In this document: piece after piece, positions 51,816-63,210 of the stretch
How the letters are laid out: every line of letters begins with the position of its first letter
Position numbering within the stretch: the stretch's first letter is position 1
Source of the DNA: Actinomycetales bacterium
Lineage (GTDB): Bacteria; Actinomycetota; Actinomycetes; Actinomycetales; Dermatophilaceae
Length of the DNA stretch: 64,000 nt
Reading direction: 5' to 3'
Assembly (NCBI GenBank): GCA_038236365.1
Contig: JBBRZV010000008.1
Location: 5,240 to 69,239 of the forward strand
Notes under the pieces: generated by a model
Database searches by the model: none
Told to the model about the DNA's origin: nothing
What the model saw: only the letters and a program-made list of their open reading frames with translations
Position numbers and translations under genes: made by a program

Positions 51816-52103
51816 ATGGCAAGAACGTGTGTGGGCTGCCGTCGTCGCGATGTTCGATCCGCATTGTTGCGAGTTGTCGCGGAGAGCAACGACACCGGTG
51901 AGCTATTCGCCAGGGTCGTTGTCGATCAGCGGCTCCGGTTGCCCGGGCGTGGAGCTTGGTTGCATCCGACACCGGAATGTCTCGATCTTGCGCTGCGGCT
52001 CAAGGCGTTCGGGCGGTCCTTGCGAGTCAAGGCTCCTCTCGACACGGCGGCCGTCAGTGCGTTTATCGAGGCACGTGAACAGTCCGACGTCCAGAAATCC
52101 TGA
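51816..52103 (+). CDS. ylxR: YlxR/DUF448 family RNA-binding protein
   Basis: It begins MARTCVGCRRR with LLRVV shortly after, and lies between nusA and infB. Confidence 0.8.
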   Translation: MARTCVGCRRRDVRSALLRVVAESNDTGELFARVVVDQRLRLPGRGAWLHPTPECLDLALRLKAFGRSLRVKAPLDTAAVSAFIEAREQSDVQKS

Positions 52104-52223
52104 ATCCGAAAGCGGGTTTGACGCTGATGAGCACCCGATGAGTACTCACTCATGAGCAACACCCAGCACTAAGACGGCCCGAGCTTCATCTCGATTTGTC
52201 CGGGCCATAGACAGAGGAGAAAC

Positions 52224-55097
52224 GTGGCTAAGGTCCGGGTCTACGAGCTCGCAAAGGAGCTCGGAGTCGAGAGCAAGATATTGCTCAATCATCTGAAGGA
52301 AAACGGCGAGTTCGTCAGGTCGGCATCTTCGACCATCGAGCCGCCTGTCGTCCGCAAGATTCGCGAGACGTTCCCCGTCCAGATTGCCGCCCCCGCTGGC
52401 CCCGCCGCTGACGGCAAGGACGGCGCGAAGAAAGCTGCCGGGAAGAAGTCTGCGGACACCGCAGCTACCGCGGCACCTGCCGTCGCTGTAGCTGCCCCTG
52501 CCGCACCCGCTGCTCCGATCGTCGAGGCCCCCGCCGCGGCTTTGGTGAGGGCACCCGACGAGGCCCCCGCCCGCGCGGCTGGCCCAACCCCAGGTCCCAG
52601 GGCTCCTGCTCGTCCCGCAGTCGCAGCGCCGTTCGCCAGCACCCCAGCGGCGCCGGTGGCTGCGCCAGCAGCGAGCCCTCCTGAGGCCCCGGCGGCACGC
52701 GAGGGCGGTGCTGACGCCGCTCGCCCGGCGCCCCGCCCCGGCGCGCCTCGACCGGGCAACAACCCGTTCGCACCCAGTCAGGGCATGCCTCGAGCTGGCC
52801 GCGAGACACGCGAGCCCCATGAGACACGGGACACGCCAGCGCCGGCTGCCCGGCCGGGAAACAACCCCTTCGCACCTAGCCAGGGCATGCCTCGTCCCCA
52901 GGGTGGCCGTCCGGCTCCCGCTGGTGCTGGTGGTCCCCGTCCCGGCGCTCCGCGTCCCAACCCAGGCATGATGCCCGATCGCACAGCGGTCGGTCGTCCA
53001 GGTGAGCGCCCCGCACGCGGTGGCGCCCCCGGTCGCCCCGGTGGTGGGGGCGGTTTCGCCGGTCGCCCCGGCGGTGGTGGCGCCCCGGGTGGTGGCGGCG
53101 GATTCGCCGGCCGCCCCGGCGGTGGTGGCGGTCGTCCAGGTGGGCCCGGTGGACGCGGCGGCACCCAAGGTGCCTTCGGTCGTGGTGGTGGGCGTCCCGT
53201 TCGTGGCCGCAAGTCCAAGCGCGCCAAGCGCCAGGAGTTCGAGCAGATGCAGGCCCCGTCGCTCGGCGGTGTCACGGTTCCACGCGGCGACGGCAAGACC
53301 GTCATCCGCGTGCGTCGTGGCTCCTCGCTGACCGACTTCGCGGACAAGATCAACGCCAACCCGGCGAGCCTGGTCACTGTGCTCATCCACCTTGGTGAGA
53401 TGGCCACAGCGACCCAGTCCCTGGACGAAGAGACGTTCCGCGTGCTCGGAGCAGAGCTCGGATACCTGGTTGAGGTCGTCTCTCCCGAGGACGAGGAGCG
53501 CGAGCTGCTGGGTCAGTTCAACATCGACCTGGACGCCGAGCTGGCCGACGAGGGCGACGAGGACCTTCAGGCCCGACCCCCGGTCGTGACCGTCATGGGT
53601 CACGTCGACCACGGAAAGACCAAGCTGCTTGATGCGATTCGCCATTCCGAGGTCGCACTTGGCGAGGCCGGTGGCATCACCCAGCACATCGGTGCCTATC
53701 AGGTCTACACGGAGCATGAGGGCGTCGAGCGCGCCATCACCTTCATTGACACGCCCGGTCACGAGGCCTTCACGGCCATGCGTGCTCGTGGTGCCAGCGT
53801 CACCGACATCGCGATCCTCGTGGTCGCAGCCGACGACGGCGTCATGCCACAGACGATCGAGGCGCTCAACCACGCCCAGGCCGCCGGTGTCCCGATCGTG
53901 GTGGCGGTCAACAAGGTGGACAAGCCGGGAGCCAACCCTGACAAGGTTCGTCAGCAGCTCACCGAGTACAACCTCGTGGCCGAGGAGTACGGCGGCGACA
54001 CACTGTTCGTCAACGTCTCTGCCAAGGAGCGGACGAACATCGACGCCCTCCTGGAAGCGGTCCTCCTGACCGCCGACGCGGGGCTCGACCTGCGGGCCAA
54101 CCCGAACAAGGATGCTCGCGGCGTGGCGATCGAAGCCCACCTCGACAGGGGTCGTGGCCCGGTTGCCACGGTCCTGGTCCAGTCCGGGACCTTGCGGGTC
54201 GGCGACTCGATCGTGGCCGGCGGTGGCTATGGCCGCGTCCGCGCCATGCTCGATGAGCACGGCGGTCTGGTCGAGGAGGCCACGCCGGCCCGTCCAGTGA
54301 TGGTGCTGGGACTGACCTCGGTGCCCGGCGCCGGCGACACCTTCCTGGTGGCGCCCGACGACCGCACAGCCCGGCAGATCGCCGAGCGTCGCGAAGCAGC
54401 CCAGCGCGCGGCCAGCCTGGCCAAGCGTCGCAAGAGGATCAGTCTCGAGGACCTCAACGAGGCCCTGGCTGCGGGCAAGGTCGACAACCTCAACCTCATC
54501 CTCAAGGGTGACGTCTCGGGTTCTGTCGAAGCGCTCGAGGACGCTCTGCTCAAGATCGACGTCGGCGACGAGGTCGACCTGCGGATCATCCACCGCGGCG
54601 TGGGTGCCATCACGCAGAACGACGTCAACCTGGCGACGGTCGACAGCGCCGTCATCATCGGCTTCAACGTCAAGCCCGCTGAGCGGGTCGCTGAGCTGGC
54701 CGACCGCGAAGGCGTTGACCTGCGGTTCTACTCGGTCATCTACTCGGCGATCGAGGACATCGAGTCGGCACTCAAGGGCATGCTCAAGCCGGAGTACGAG
54801 GAGATCAAGCTGGGCACCGCCGAGGTTCGCGAGGTCTTCAAGTCCTCGAAGTTCGGCACCGTCGCAGGCTCGCTGGTTCGCTCGGGAGAGATCAAGCGCG
54901 GGACAAAGGCTCGGATCATCCGTGACGGCACTGTCGTCGCTGAGGGCATCGAGATCACCGGTCTGCGTCGCTTCAAGGATGACGTGACCGAGGTTCGCGA
55001 GGGCTTCGAGTGTGGCATCAACCTGGGTAGCTTCAACGACATCAGGGTTGACGACACCATCGAGACCCACGAGATGCGCGAGATCCCGCGCGCCTGA
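52224..55097 (+). CDS. infB: Translation initiation factor IF-2
   Basis: It begins [15 protein letters not shown] and has a Pro/Gly/Ala-rich N-terminal region. GTPase motifs are [13 protein letters not shown] and NKVD. Confidence 0.95.
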   Translation: MAKVRVYELAKELGVESKILLNHLKENGEFVRSASSTIEPPVVRKIRETFPVQIAAPAGPAADGKDGAKKAAGKKSADTAATAAPAVAVAAPAAPAAPIVEAPAAALVRAPDEAPARAAGPTPGPRAPARPAVAAPFASTPAAPVAAPAASPPEAPAAREGGADAARPAPRPGAPRPGNNPFAPSQGMPRAGRETREPHETRDTPAPAARPGNNPFAPSQGMPRPQGGRPAPAGAGGPRPGAPRPNPGMMPDRTAVGRPGERPARGGAPGRPGGGGGFAGRPGGGGAPGGGGGFAGRPGGGGGRPGGPGGRGGTQGAFGRGGGRPVRGRKSKRAKRQEFEQMQAPSLGGVTVPRGDGKTVIRVRRGSSLTDFADKINANPASLVTVLIHLGEMATATQSLDEETFRVLGAELGYLVEVVSPEDEERELLGQFNIDLDAELADEGDEDLQARPPVVTVMGHVDHGKTKLLDAIRHSEVALGEAGGITQHIGAYQVYTEHEGVERAITFIDTPGHEAFTAMRARGASVTDIAILVVAADDGVMPQTIEALNHAQAAGVPIVVAVNKVDKPGANPDKVRQQLTEYNLVAEEYGGDTLFVNVSAKERTNIDALLEAVLLTADAGLDLRANPNKDARGVAIEAHLDRGRGPVATVLVQSGTLRVGDSIVAGGGYGRVRAMLDEHGGLVEEATPARPVMVLGLTSVPGAGDTFLVAPDDRTARQIAERREAAQRAASLAKRRKRISLEDLNEALAAGKVDNLNLILKGDVSGSVEALEDALLKIDVGDEVDLRIIHRGVGAITQNDVNLATVDSAVIIGFNVKPAERVAELADREGVDLRFYSVIYSAIEDIESALKGMLKPEYEEIKLGTAEVREVFKSSKFGTVAGSLVRSGEIKRGTKARIIRDGTVVAEGIEITGLRRFKDDVTEVREGFECGINLGSFNDIRVDDTIETHEMREIPRA

Positions 55098-55137
55098 TCG
55101 TCGCTCACTGTGACTCGTTGCTGAAGGAGGTAGGACC

Positions 55138-55614
55138 ATGGCTGATCCCGCACGCGCGAAAAAGATCGCGGACCGTATCAAGGTGCTGGTTGCCGAGACG
55201 TTGGAGTACCGCGTGAAGGACGAGCGGCTCGGCTTCGTCACGATCACCGATGTCAGGGTGACTGGTGACCTGCAGAACGCATCGGTCTTCTACACCGTGT
55301 TCGGCGACGAGCTCCAGCGCGCCGAGAGTGCGGCCGCGCTGGAGTCGGCAAAGGGCAAGCTCCGGTCGGCGGTGGGCAAGGGCATCGGCATCCGGCTCAC
55401 CCCGACGCTGGAGTTCATCCCTGATGCCCTGCCCGACGGTGCTGCCTACCTCGAGGACCTGCTCGTGAGCGCCAAGGCTCACGACGCCGAGGTGGCCGCG
55501 GCCTCGAGCGGAGCGACCTACGCCGGAGATGCCGATCCTTACAAGAAGCAGGTCGACGAAGCCCTGGACGAAGAAGACCTCGGCGATGACGAGGAAGACG
55601 CCGCCAAGGCATGA
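55138..55614 (+). CDS. rbfA: Ribosome-binding factor A
   Basis: Synteny supports the call. The motif [19 protein letters not shown] is present and the C-terminal tail is acidic. Confidence 0.9.
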   Translation: MADPARAKKIADRIKVLVAETLEYRVKDERLGFVTITDVRVTGDLQNASVFYTVFGDELQRAESAAALESAKGKLRSAVGKGIGIRLTPTLEFIPDALPDGAAYLEDLLVSAKAHDAEVAAASSGATYAGDADPYKKQVDEALDEEDLGDDEEDAAKA

Positions 55615-56528
55615 CCACCCCTGACGGGCTGTTGATCGTCGACAAGCCGGCCGGATGGACCAGTCACGATGTCGTGGCCCGCGCCCGAAGGCTCTGTGAC
55701 ACCCGCAGGGTCGGCCATGCGGGGACGCTGGACCCCATGGCGACCGGTGTTCTCGTGCTCGGTATCAACCGCGCCACGAAGCTCCTGACCTTCCTCGTGG
55801 GCGCGGACAAGACCTACACGGCGACGATCCGCCTCGGACAGTCCACCATCACCGATGACGCCGACGGTGAGATCGAGGCGACCCACGATGTCTCCGCCCT
55901 GACCGCCGAGGCGGTTCGCGCCGGCGTGGCAGCACTCACCGGCCTGCTCGCCCAGGTGCCCAGCTCGGTCAGCGCGATCAAGGTCAACGGGCAACGGTCG
56001 TATGCGCGGGTGCGCGCCGGGCAGGACGTCGTCCTGCCGGCCCGTCCGGTCACCGTCCGCCGGTTCGACATCCTTGGCCAACGGGTCGTGCAGGGGCTGC
56101 AGAAGCAGAGGGTCTGGGATGTTGACGTCGAGATTGAGGTGTCGTCCGGCACCTACATCCGTGCGTTGGCCCGGGACCTGGGCGCAGCCCTGGGAGTTGG
56201 TGGGCACCTCACAGCGCTACGGCGCACGCGCGTCGGGAGGTTCGGGATCGAGGGCGCGCACTCGCTGACCTATCTGGAGATCGCCAGCGAGGCTGACGGA
56301 ATACCGGTGATCCCGCTCGCAGCAGCTGCCCGGGCCTCATTCGACGTTCGTGAGCTGAGCGGACCCGAGGCGACCGCGATCGGCTACGGACAGCGGATCT
56401 CATCCCAGATTGCCGGGCGTAGCCAGCCCGTAGGAGCCTTTGCCCCTGACGGACACCTGGTGGCGATGCTCGACGAGAGCGGTTCTCTGGCCAAGGCCCG
56501 GGTCGTCTTCGCTCCGTTGGGTTCGTAG
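55611..56528 (+). CDS. truB: tRNA pseudouridine-55 synthase
   Basis: Motifs [12 protein letters not shown] and [14 protein letters not shown]. Confidence 0.9.
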   Translation: MTTPDGLLIVDKPAGWTSHDVVARARRLCDTRRVGHAGTLDPMATGVLVLGINRATKLLTFLVGADKTYTATIRLGQSTITDDADGEIEATHDVSALTAEAVRAGVAALTGLLAQVPSSVSAIKVNGQRSYARVRAGQDVVLPARPVTVRRFDILGQRVVQGLQKQRVWDVDVEIEVSSGTYIRALARDLGAALGVGGHLTALRRTRVGRFGIEGAHSLTYLEIASEADGIPVIPLAAAARASFDVRELSGPEATAIGYGQRISSQIAGRSQPVGAFAPDGHLVAMLDESGSLAKARVVFAPLGS

Positions 56529-56529
56529 A

Positions 56530-57480
56530 GTGTCCCACGTGCTGCGATGGACCGACCTCTCCCAGATCCCGGACGGCTACGGCCCCAGCGTGGTGACCCT
56601 GGGCAACTTCGACGGTGTGCACAAGGGACATCGCGCCGTGCTGTCCACTGTGGTCGAGCAGGCTGCCGCGAGGAATGCCCGTTCGGTGGCGGTGACCTTC
56701 GACCCGCATCCACACGCGCTTCTTCACCCTGAGCGGGCACTGCAGCTGATCGCGTCCACCGACCAGCGTCTCGAGCTGCTCGCTGACGCAGGGCTGGACG
56801 CCGTGCTGGTCATGGAGTTCACTCATGAGCTGGCCCGATGGACGCCCGAGCGCTTTGTTGTTGACGTCTTTGTCAAGGCGCTGGGTGCGAGCCTCGTCGT
56901 CGTGGGCGAGGATACCCGGTTCGGCGTTCGCAACTCAGGTGACGTCGCCACGTTGACGCGCCTCGGGGCCGAGCACGGCTTCGAGGTCCTCACCCTCGCC
57001 GACATCGGCAACGGAGGCCGTTGGTCCTCCAGCCGGGTTCGTGAGCTCGTGACCAAAGGTGATGTGCGTGGAGTGCAGGAGATCCTCGGACGGCCGCATC
57101 GGATGGCAGGTGAGGTCGTTCACGGCGACCACAGGGGTCGCGAGCTTGGTTATCCCACGGCGAATCTGAGCCAGCTCGCCACCGGGTTGATCCCAGCCGA
57201 CGGCGTCTATGCGGGCTTTCTCATCCGGCCGACGCTGCCCGACAACGATCCGGACCACCGGCTGCCGGCCGCGATCTCGATCGGCACCAACCCGACTTTT
57301 GGGGGAACCCACCGTCGGGTTGAGGCCTATGTACTCGACCGGACCGACCTCGACCTCTACGGTGAGATCGTGGTTGTCGAGTTCGTCGAACGGCTGAGGC
57401 CGACAGAGAAGTTCGACTCCGTCGAGGCCCTGCTTGTTCAGATGGCTGACGACGTCGAGCGTTGCAGGGCGGTGCTATGA
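56530..57480 (+). CDS. ribF: Bifunctional riboflavin kinase / FAD synthetase
   Basis: Motifs GNFDGVHKGH, GYPTANL and the C-terminal kinase domain are present. The GTG at 56530 is preferred over the ORF-track start, which overlaps truB. Confidence 0.9.
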   Translation: MSHVLRWTDLSQIPDGYGPSVVTLGNFDGVHKGHRAVLSTVVEQAAARNARSVAVTFDPHPHALLHPERALQLIASTDQRLELLADAGLDAVLVMEFTHELARWTPERFVVDVFVKALGASLVVVGEDTRFGVRNSGDVATLTRLGAEHGFEVLTLADIGNGGRWSSSRVRELVTKGDVRGVQEILGRPHRMAGEVVHGDHRGRELGYPTANLSQLATGLIPADGVYAGFLIRPTLPDNDPDHRLPAAISIGTNPTFGGTHRRVEAYVLDRTDLDLYGEIVVVEFVERLRPTEKFDSVEALLVQMADDVERCRAVL

Positions 57481-59312
57481 CCAGGTCAGTGGGTGACGAG
57501 CGTCCCGACCTCTCCCGGGTCGAAAATCGAGCCCCTTCAGTGGCGCATCTGTTCGTGCAGCGGGTCCTGAAGACGCCGGCCGCGGAGGCCTTCCGGTTCC
57601 CCCGGGCCGCATCCTGGGAGTCGGTCACCTGGGCTCAGACCGACGAACGGGTACGCCGGATGGCGGCCGGGCTGGTGGCCCTGGGCGTCGAGCCTGAGCA
57701 GCGGGTGGCCCTCGCGTCCAGCACTCGCATCGAGTGGGTGCTCGCTGACCTGGCAGTGATGCTGGCCGGCGCTGCTACCACTACGATCTACCCCACCACG
57801 TCCGAGTCCGACATGACCTACATCGCTCAGGACTCCCAGAGCCGCATCGTCTTCGCCGAGGACGACGCGCAGGTCGCCAAGTTCCGGGCCAACCGCGCGC
57901 AGCTGCCCGATCTGGTCAAGGTGGTCACCTTCGACGGGACTGCTGATGGCGACTGGGTCATCTCCCTGGCTGACCTTGAGCAGCTGGGGTCCACCCACCT
58001 GGCGAAGGACCCGACGGTCGTCGATGAGCGGATCGGCGCCATCGAGCCGCAGCATCTGGCCACGCTCATCTACACCTCAGGGACAACGGGGCGACCCAAG
58101 GGGGTGCGCCTCTCCCATGACTGCTGGACCTATGAGGCCGCAGCTGTCGACGCCATCGGCATCCTGACCACGGCGGACCTTCAGTACCTCTGGCTGCCAC
58201 TGGCCCACGTCTTCGGCAAGGTGCTGCTCACCCTGCCTCTCCAGATCGGGTTCCCGACGGTGGTCGACGGCCGGGTGGACAAGATCGTGGAGAACCTCGC
58301 CGTCGTCTCGCCAACCTTCATGGGTGCAGCTCCGCGCATCTTCGAGAAGGCCTATGGCCGGATCGTCACGATGATGACAGCCGAGGGTGGCGTCAAGGCC
58401 AAGCTCTTTGACTGGGCCATCGGCGTCGGCCGTCAGGTTGCGGTGAAGCGGGCCGACGGGGTCGGGGCCTCCGGCGTCCTGGCTGTTCAGCACGCGCTCG
58501 CCGACAGGCTGGTCCTTCACAAGGTGCGTGCGCGGTTCGGTGGCAGGATCAGGTTCTTCATCTCGGGCTCCGCAGCCCTCAACCGTGATGTGGCCCAGTG
58601 GTTCGACGCCACCGGAATGCTCATCCTGGAGGGCTACGGCCTGACCGAGTCCAGCGCCGCGTCCTTCGTCAACCGCCCGGACGCCTACGCGTTCGGAAGT
58701 GTCGGCTGGGCCGTGCCCGGCACTGACGTCCGCATCGCCGACGATGGGGAGGTCCTGCTCAAGGGCCCGGGCATCATGTCCGGCTACCACGACCGCCCGG
58801 ATGACTCCGCCGAGGCCGTGGACGGCGACGGATGGCTGCACACAGGTGACATCGGAAACCTCGACGATCGAGGGTTCCTGCGGATCACCGACCGCAAGAA
58901 GGACCTGTTCAAGACCTCGGGTGGCAAGTACGTCGCCCCTTCGGCCATCGAGTCGATGTTCATGGGCGTGTGCCCCTACGCCAGCGCGCTCATCGTCCAC
59001 GGCGATGGGCGCAACTTCGTCTCCGCGCTGGTGACCCTTGATCCTGACGCGATGGCGGGCTGGGCCGTCGAGAACGCCATGTCAGGCCGTCCGTATGCCG
59101 AGCTGGTCGGCTCACCGGAGGCACGCGAGATGGTTCAGGGCTATATCGACGCGCTCAACGCCAGGCTCAACCCCTGGGAGACGATCAAGAAGTTCCTTAT
59201 CCTGCCAAAGGACCTCTCGATCGAGGATGGCGACCTCACTCCGAGCATGAAGCTCAAGCGCAGGGTCGTTGCCAAGAAGTACAAGGATGAGCTGGACTCC
59301 CTCTACCCTTGA
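57477..59312 (+). CDS. fadD: Long-chain fatty-acid--CoA ligase (AMP-forming)
   Basis: Motifs YTSGTTGRPKG, GYGLTE and TGDIG...DRKKDLFKTSGGKYV. The start has an ATGA overlap with the ribF stop. Confidence 0.85.
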   Translation: MTRSVGDERPDLSRVENRAPSVAHLFVQRVLKTPAAEAFRFPRAASWESVTWAQTDERVRRMAAGLVALGVEPEQRVALASSTRIEWVLADLAVMLAGAATTTIYPTTSESDMTYIAQDSQSRIVFAEDDAQVAKFRANRAQLPDLVKVVTFDGTADGDWVISLADLEQLGSTHLAKDPTVVDERIGAIEPQHLATLIYTSGTTGRPKGVRLSHDCWTYEAAAVDAIGILTTADLQYLWLPLAHVFGKVLLTLPLQIGFPTVVDGRVDKIVENLAVVSPTFMGAAPRIFEKAYGRIVTMMTAEGGVKAKLFDWAIGVGRQVAVKRADGVGASGVLAVQHALADRLVLHKVRARFGGRIRFFISGSAALNRDVAQWFDATGMLILEGYGLTESSAASFVNRPDAYAFGSVGWAVPGTDVRIADDGEVLLKGPGIMSGYHDRPDDSAEAVDGDGWLHTGDIGNLDDRGFLRITDRKKDLFKTSGGKYVAPSAIESMFMGVCPYASALIVHGDGRNFVSALVTLDPDAMAGWAVENAMSGRPYAELVGSPEAREMVQGYIDALNARLNPWETIKKFLILPKDLSIEDGDLTPSMKLKRRVVAKKYKDELDSLYP

Positions 59313-59316
59313 ACGC

Positions 59317-61335
59317 ATGCCCGAAGGCTTTCGCAGGACCGGTCTCCCTGGTGCGTCCCTCTTTCAACGCCTTGAGCCCCTCCTGGAGCAGGTGAGCAAA
59401 CCCATCCAGTACGTGGGTGGTGAGCTCAACTCCACCGTCAAGGACTGGGACTGCGGGGGACTCGGCCCCGAGGGTCAGGAGCTGACAGCACGCTGGGCGC
59501 TGATGTACCCGGACGCCTACGAGGTGGGTCTGCCCAATCAGGGCGTCATGATCCTGTACGAGGTCATCAATGAACGCCCTGATGCCCTCGCCGAGCGGAC
59601 CTACGCCGTGTGGCCGGACATGGAGGCGCTTCTTCGAAGCGAGGGGGTCTCCCAGTTCACCGTGGACGGGCACCGGGCGTTGCGGGACTTCGACCTCTTC
59701 GGGGTCTCCTTCTCCACAGAGCTCGGCTACACGAACTTGCTGACGGCACTCGACCTCGCCGGCATACCTCTGCATGCTTGTGACCGCGGCGACGAGGACC
59801 CCATCGTCATCGCGGGAGGCCATGCGGCGTTCAACCCGGAGCCGGCGTCAGACTTCATCGATGCCGCCATCGTGGGCGACGGAGAGCAGGCCGTGCTGGA
59901 GGTGACCGACCTGCTCACGGCGTGGAAGGCGCAGGGTCGCCCTGGCGGTCGTCACGAGCTGCTGCTGCGGCTGGCGCGCACGGGCGGGGTCTACGTGCCC
60001 GCCTTCTACGAGGTCGACTACTTTCCTGACGGTCGGATCAGGCGGGTAGCCCCATCGACCGATGAGGCGGGCGTGCCGTGGCGCATCTCCAAGCACACCG
60101 TCACGGACCTGGACGCCTGGCCCTACCCGAAACAGCCTCTCGTGCCGCTCGCCGAGACGGTGCACGAGCGGATGTCGGTCGAGATATTCCGCGGCTGCAC
60201 CCGTGGGTGCCGCTTCTGCCAGGCCGGGATGATCACCCGCCCAGTTCGCGAGAGGTCAATCACGGGCATCGGTGAGATGGTCGAAAAAGGCTTGGCAGCA
60301 ACGGGATTCGAAGAAGTTGGGCTCCTTTCCCTGTCCAGCGCCGACCACTCCGAGATCGCCGAGATCGCCAAGGGCCTGGCTGACCGCTACGAGGGCACCC
60401 AGACCGGTCTGTCGCTACCGTCGACCCGGGTGGACGCCTTCAACATCGACCTAGCCAACGAGCTGACCCGGGGCGGGCGACGCTCGGGCCTCACGTTTGC
60501 TCCTGAGGGCGGCTCCGAGCGGCTGCGCAGGGTGATCAACAAGATGGTCACCGAGGAAGACCTGATCAACACTGTGGCAGCGGCTTACTCGGCCGGCTGG
60601 CGCCACGTGAAGCTGTACTTCATGTGCGGCCTGCCCACCGAGACCGACGAGGACGTGCTGCAGATCGCCGACCTGGCCAAGCGGGTCATCGAGACCGGGC
60701 GCCGGGTCAGCGGCCAGCGTGACATTCGCTGCACCGTGTCGGTCGGCGGGTTCGTGCCCAAGCCCCACACCCCGTTCCAGTGGTGTGGGCAGCTCGGCGC
60801 CGAGGAGACGGATGCCCGGCTGCGGCTGCTTCGTGAGGCGATCCGGGCCGACAGGCGATATGCCTCGGCGATCGGGTTCCGCTACCACGACGGCGAGCCC
60901 GGCATCGTCGAAGGGCTGCTGTCCCGGGGTGACCGTCGCGTCGGCGCGGTCATCGAGGCCGCGTGGCGCGATGGCGCCAGGTTCGACGGCTGGAGCGAGC
61001 ACTTCAGCTACCAGCGCTGGATGCGTTCCGCCGAGCTGGCTCTGGCGAACGAGCCGGTGGATGTTGCCTGGTACACCACCCGCGAACGCGAGCAGAACGA
61101 GGTCCTGCCCTGGGACCACCTCGACTCCGGGCTCGACAAGGAGTGGCTCTGGCAGGACTGGCAGAGCGCGCTGGACGACGTAGAGGTGGAGGACTGCCGG
61201 TGGACTCCGTGCTACGACTGCGGGGTGTGCCCACAGATGAACACCGAGATCGAGATCGGGCCCACCGGCAAGCGACTCCTTCCGCTGACCGTCCTGACCG
61301 CAGGGAAGGACGACCTGCTGGAGGCCCCACGGTGA
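59317..61335 (+). CDS. Radical SAM protein, TIGR03960-like (B12-binding-like N-terminal domain)
   Basis: It contains CTRGCRFCQAG (CxxxCxxC) and is about 670 aa. It lies near a TIGR03936/DUF2344-like ORF. The ATG at 59317 was verified. Confidence 0.85.
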   Translation: MPEGFRRTGLPGASLFQRLEPLLEQVSKPIQYVGGELNSTVKDWDCGGLGPEGQELTARWALMYPDAYEVGLPNQGVMILYEVINERPDALAERTYAVWPDMEALLRSEGVSQFTVDGHRALRDFDLFGVSFSTELGYTNLLTALDLAGIPLHACDRGDEDPIVIAGGHAAFNPEPASDFIDAAIVGDGEQAVLEVTDLLTAWKAQGRPGGRHELLLRLARTGGVYVPAFYEVDYFPDGRIRRVAPSTDEAGVPWRISKHTVTDLDAWPYPKQPLVPLAETVHERMSVEIFRGCTRGCRFCQAGMITRPVRERSITGIGEMVEKGLAATGFEEVGLLSLSSADHSEIAEIAKGLADRYEGTQTGLSLPSTRVDAFNIDLANELTRGGRRSGLTFAPEGGSERLRRVINKMVTEEDLINTVAAAYSAGWRHVKLYFMCGLPTETDEDVLQIADLAKRVIETGRRVSGQRDIRCTVSVGGFVPKPHTPFQWCGQLGAEETDARLRLLREAIRADRRYASAIGFRYHDGEPGIVEGLLSRGDRRVGAVIEAAWRDGARFDGWSEHFSYQRWMRSAELALANEPVDVAWYTTREREQNEVLPWDHLDSGLDKEWLWQDWQSALDDVEVEDCRWTPCYDCGVCPQMNTEIEIGPTGKRLLPLTVLTAGKDDLLEAPR

Positions 61336-62408
61336 AGAGGCAGATCGCCTGCCTGCTCGCATCGGCGGCACTGCTGGTCGGGTGCTCGGCAGGTTCGGCA
61401 GTCGTTGCGTCGACGTCAACAACGGCCGACGTGGCCACGACGTCAACAACGGCCGCTCCGGCCGCCGCGGCCCCTACGACATCGAACCCCGCGCCTTCAA
61501 AGGCACCATCGTCGGCGCCGCCCTCGTCATCAGCGACCGCTGGTGGCGCTGTTGTCATCGTGGGCACAGGGGATATTGCCGAAGCGGGTCGGTCAACGAT
61601 GGCCAGCGCCATCTCGACGGCCGACCTTGTCCGAGCGGTGAACCCCCAGTTCGTCTTTACAGTGGGCGACAACGCCTATCCGGACGGGTCGGCAGCGGAC
61701 TTCGCGGGAAAATACGATCCGACGTGGGGGTCGTTCAAGGCCAGGACCCGCCCAGTGCCGGGCAACCATGAGTACCATTCGACGCCCCCGAGTGGCTATC
61801 TGGGCTACTTCGGCAGAGCGAACGTCACCAACGCCGTCGATGGTGGGGTGTACTACGGATACGACCTCGGCAAGGGATGGAGAGCGTACGCCCTGAACTC
61901 CGAGGTAAGCATGGACCCGACCTCCTCGCAGTATGCGTGGCTCAAGTCGGACCTCGATGCGCATCCGGGCACGCACTTCCTTGCCTACTGGCATCAGCCA
62001 CGTTTCGTGAGCAAGGTCCAGCACGGTGACCGCGCCGACGAGACCGCCATCTGGGATCTGCTGCGCCGCCACGGCACGGACATCGTGCTGTCAGGCCATG
62101 AGCACCATGCGGAGCGTTTCGCGAAGATGGACGGGGCCGGCGCCCTGGATCCGAAGGGCATCCGAGAGTTCATTACTGGCAATGGCGGCAACCAGACGTA
62201 CGGTCTGCCGAGCACGCTCCACGCCAACTCAGAGTTTGCCAACGGCTATGACTACGGGGTCGTGAGGTTGACGCTGCACCCCAACTCCTATGACTGGGCG
62301 TTCATAGCCAGCGGGCGCGCCTTCAACGGTTCGTCCAGCATCACCACCCCGAGCAAGAGCCGCGTTCTTGACTCGGGCACCTCGGCAACCAACATCATCA
62401 ACCCCTAG
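61332..62408 (+). CDS. Secreted lipoprotein metallophosphoesterase
   Basis: GTG at 61332 (GTGA overlap). The lipobox is LLVGC-S, followed by a Thr/Ser/Ala/Pro linker. Motifs are GDIAE...GDNAY...PGNHEY...GHEHH. Confidence 0.75.
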   Translation: MKRQIACLLASAALLVGCSAGSAVVASTSTTADVATTSTTAAPAAAAPTTSNPAPSKAPSSAPPSSSATAGGAVVIVGTGDIAEAGRSTMASAISTADLVRAVNPQFVFTVGDNAYPDGSAADFAGKYDPTWGSFKARTRPVPGNHEYHSTPPSGYLGYFGRANVTNAVDGGVYYGYDLGKGWRAYALNSEVSMDPTSSQYAWLKSDLDAHPGTHFLAYWHQPRFVSKVQHGDRADETAIWDLLRRHGTDIVLSGHEHHAERFAKMDGAGALDPKGIREFITGNGGNQTYGLPSTLHANSEFANGYDYGVVRLTLHPNSYDWAFIASGRAFNGSSSITTPSKSRVLDSGTSATNIINP

Positions 62409-62437
62409 CCCCCACACATAGCTCCCAACACAGCGGC

Positions 62438-62473
62438 ATGCCGCGCCCTCACCCAAGGGTGGGCACGCGGCAT
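62438..62473. terminator. Hairpin between convergent genes (candidate bidirectional terminator)
   Basis: atgccgcg...cgcggcat forms an outer 8-bp stem and caccc/gggtg forms an inner 5-bp stem with an internal bulge. Confidence 0.4.
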
Positions 62474-62506
62474 ACCTCCCAGTCGGTCAGACCCGACCAG
62501 TGACGG

Positions 62507-63160
62507 CTACTGCTTGCTGGAGAACCAGGGGTGACGGAGGTCGAGGTAGGTCACGTCCTTCATCTGGGCCATCTCCTCCTCGAACGACTTTCTGAAGTCC
62601 TCGGGCATCTCCTGGCTCTCACCCCTTCGCGCAGCCTCCTCGCTGGTGAAGGCGATGGTCTCGGTGAATCGTCCGTCCGGCTCTATCGCGATTGAGCCAC
62701 CGATGATCTCCGGCCGGGCCTGTTGCAGCATGTCCATGGGCAGCTCCATGAACCTTCGGAACCGCTCTGGATCTTCCACCCGGCCCTGCATGACCTGGAC
62801 GAACTCCGCATCGTCCGAGCCGCCGTCGAGGAACATCATCGCCTCGTCACAGTCGTGGAACGTCACGTCACCGTCGAAGCACTTCTCGGTCTCCGCCCAC
62901 CAGGCGCCTTGCTCGGGTCGAACCGAGTTGCGTGCGGCAGCCTCCTTCGACTCGAACCGGACCACGCCGATGAACCTGTTGTCGTCCGTGATGCCGTACG
63001 TCCCGCCGAGCCATCCCTCCGCCTTTGGTGCCTGCTCCTTGCGCCACATCTCCGTCTGCCGGCGCAGACCGTCCGCGTCACGGCACATGCCTTGCATGAT
63101 CTGGATAAACACTTCGCAACCTCCGTTCCGGAGGGCCACTCCACGGGCGAAGTGGCCCAT
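62507..63160 (-). CDS. Hypothetical protein with two tandem ABM/dimeric alpha-beta-barrel-like repeats
   Basis: The internal duplication is EVFIQIMQGMCRDADGLRR... versus EFVQVMQGRVEDPERFRR... The ATG at 63160 is preferred. The ORF-track GTG at 63217 would overlap the divergent gene start. Confidence 0.55.
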   Translation of the reverse strand: MGHFARGVALRNGGCEVFIQIMQGMCRDADGLRRQTEMWRKEQAPKAEGWLGGTYGITDDNRFIGVVRFESKEAAARNSVRPEQGAWWAETEKCFDGDVTFHDCDEAMMFLDGGSDDAEFVQVMQGRVEDPERFRRFMELPMDMLQQARPEIIGGSIAIEPDGRFTETIAFTSEEAARRGESQEMPEDFRKSFEEEMAQMKDVTYLDLRHPWFSSKQ

Positions 63161-63210
63161 CGACCGACCGTACGCCGGGTCGAGTCGATTGTCATCGGTA
63201 TCCTCGCGCC

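Noticed and set aside
52104-52223. Palindromic motif (gagtactc, atgagtactcactcat) upstream of infB as an operator
   Set aside because: The palindrome is short and imperfect, with no second copy. The evidence is insufficient for a regulatory call.
52146-55247. 1033-aa minus-strand ORF antisense to infB
   Set aside because: It is a shadow ORF. infB on the plus strand has unmistakable IF-2 GTPase motifs, and the antisense product has no motifs and a biased composition.
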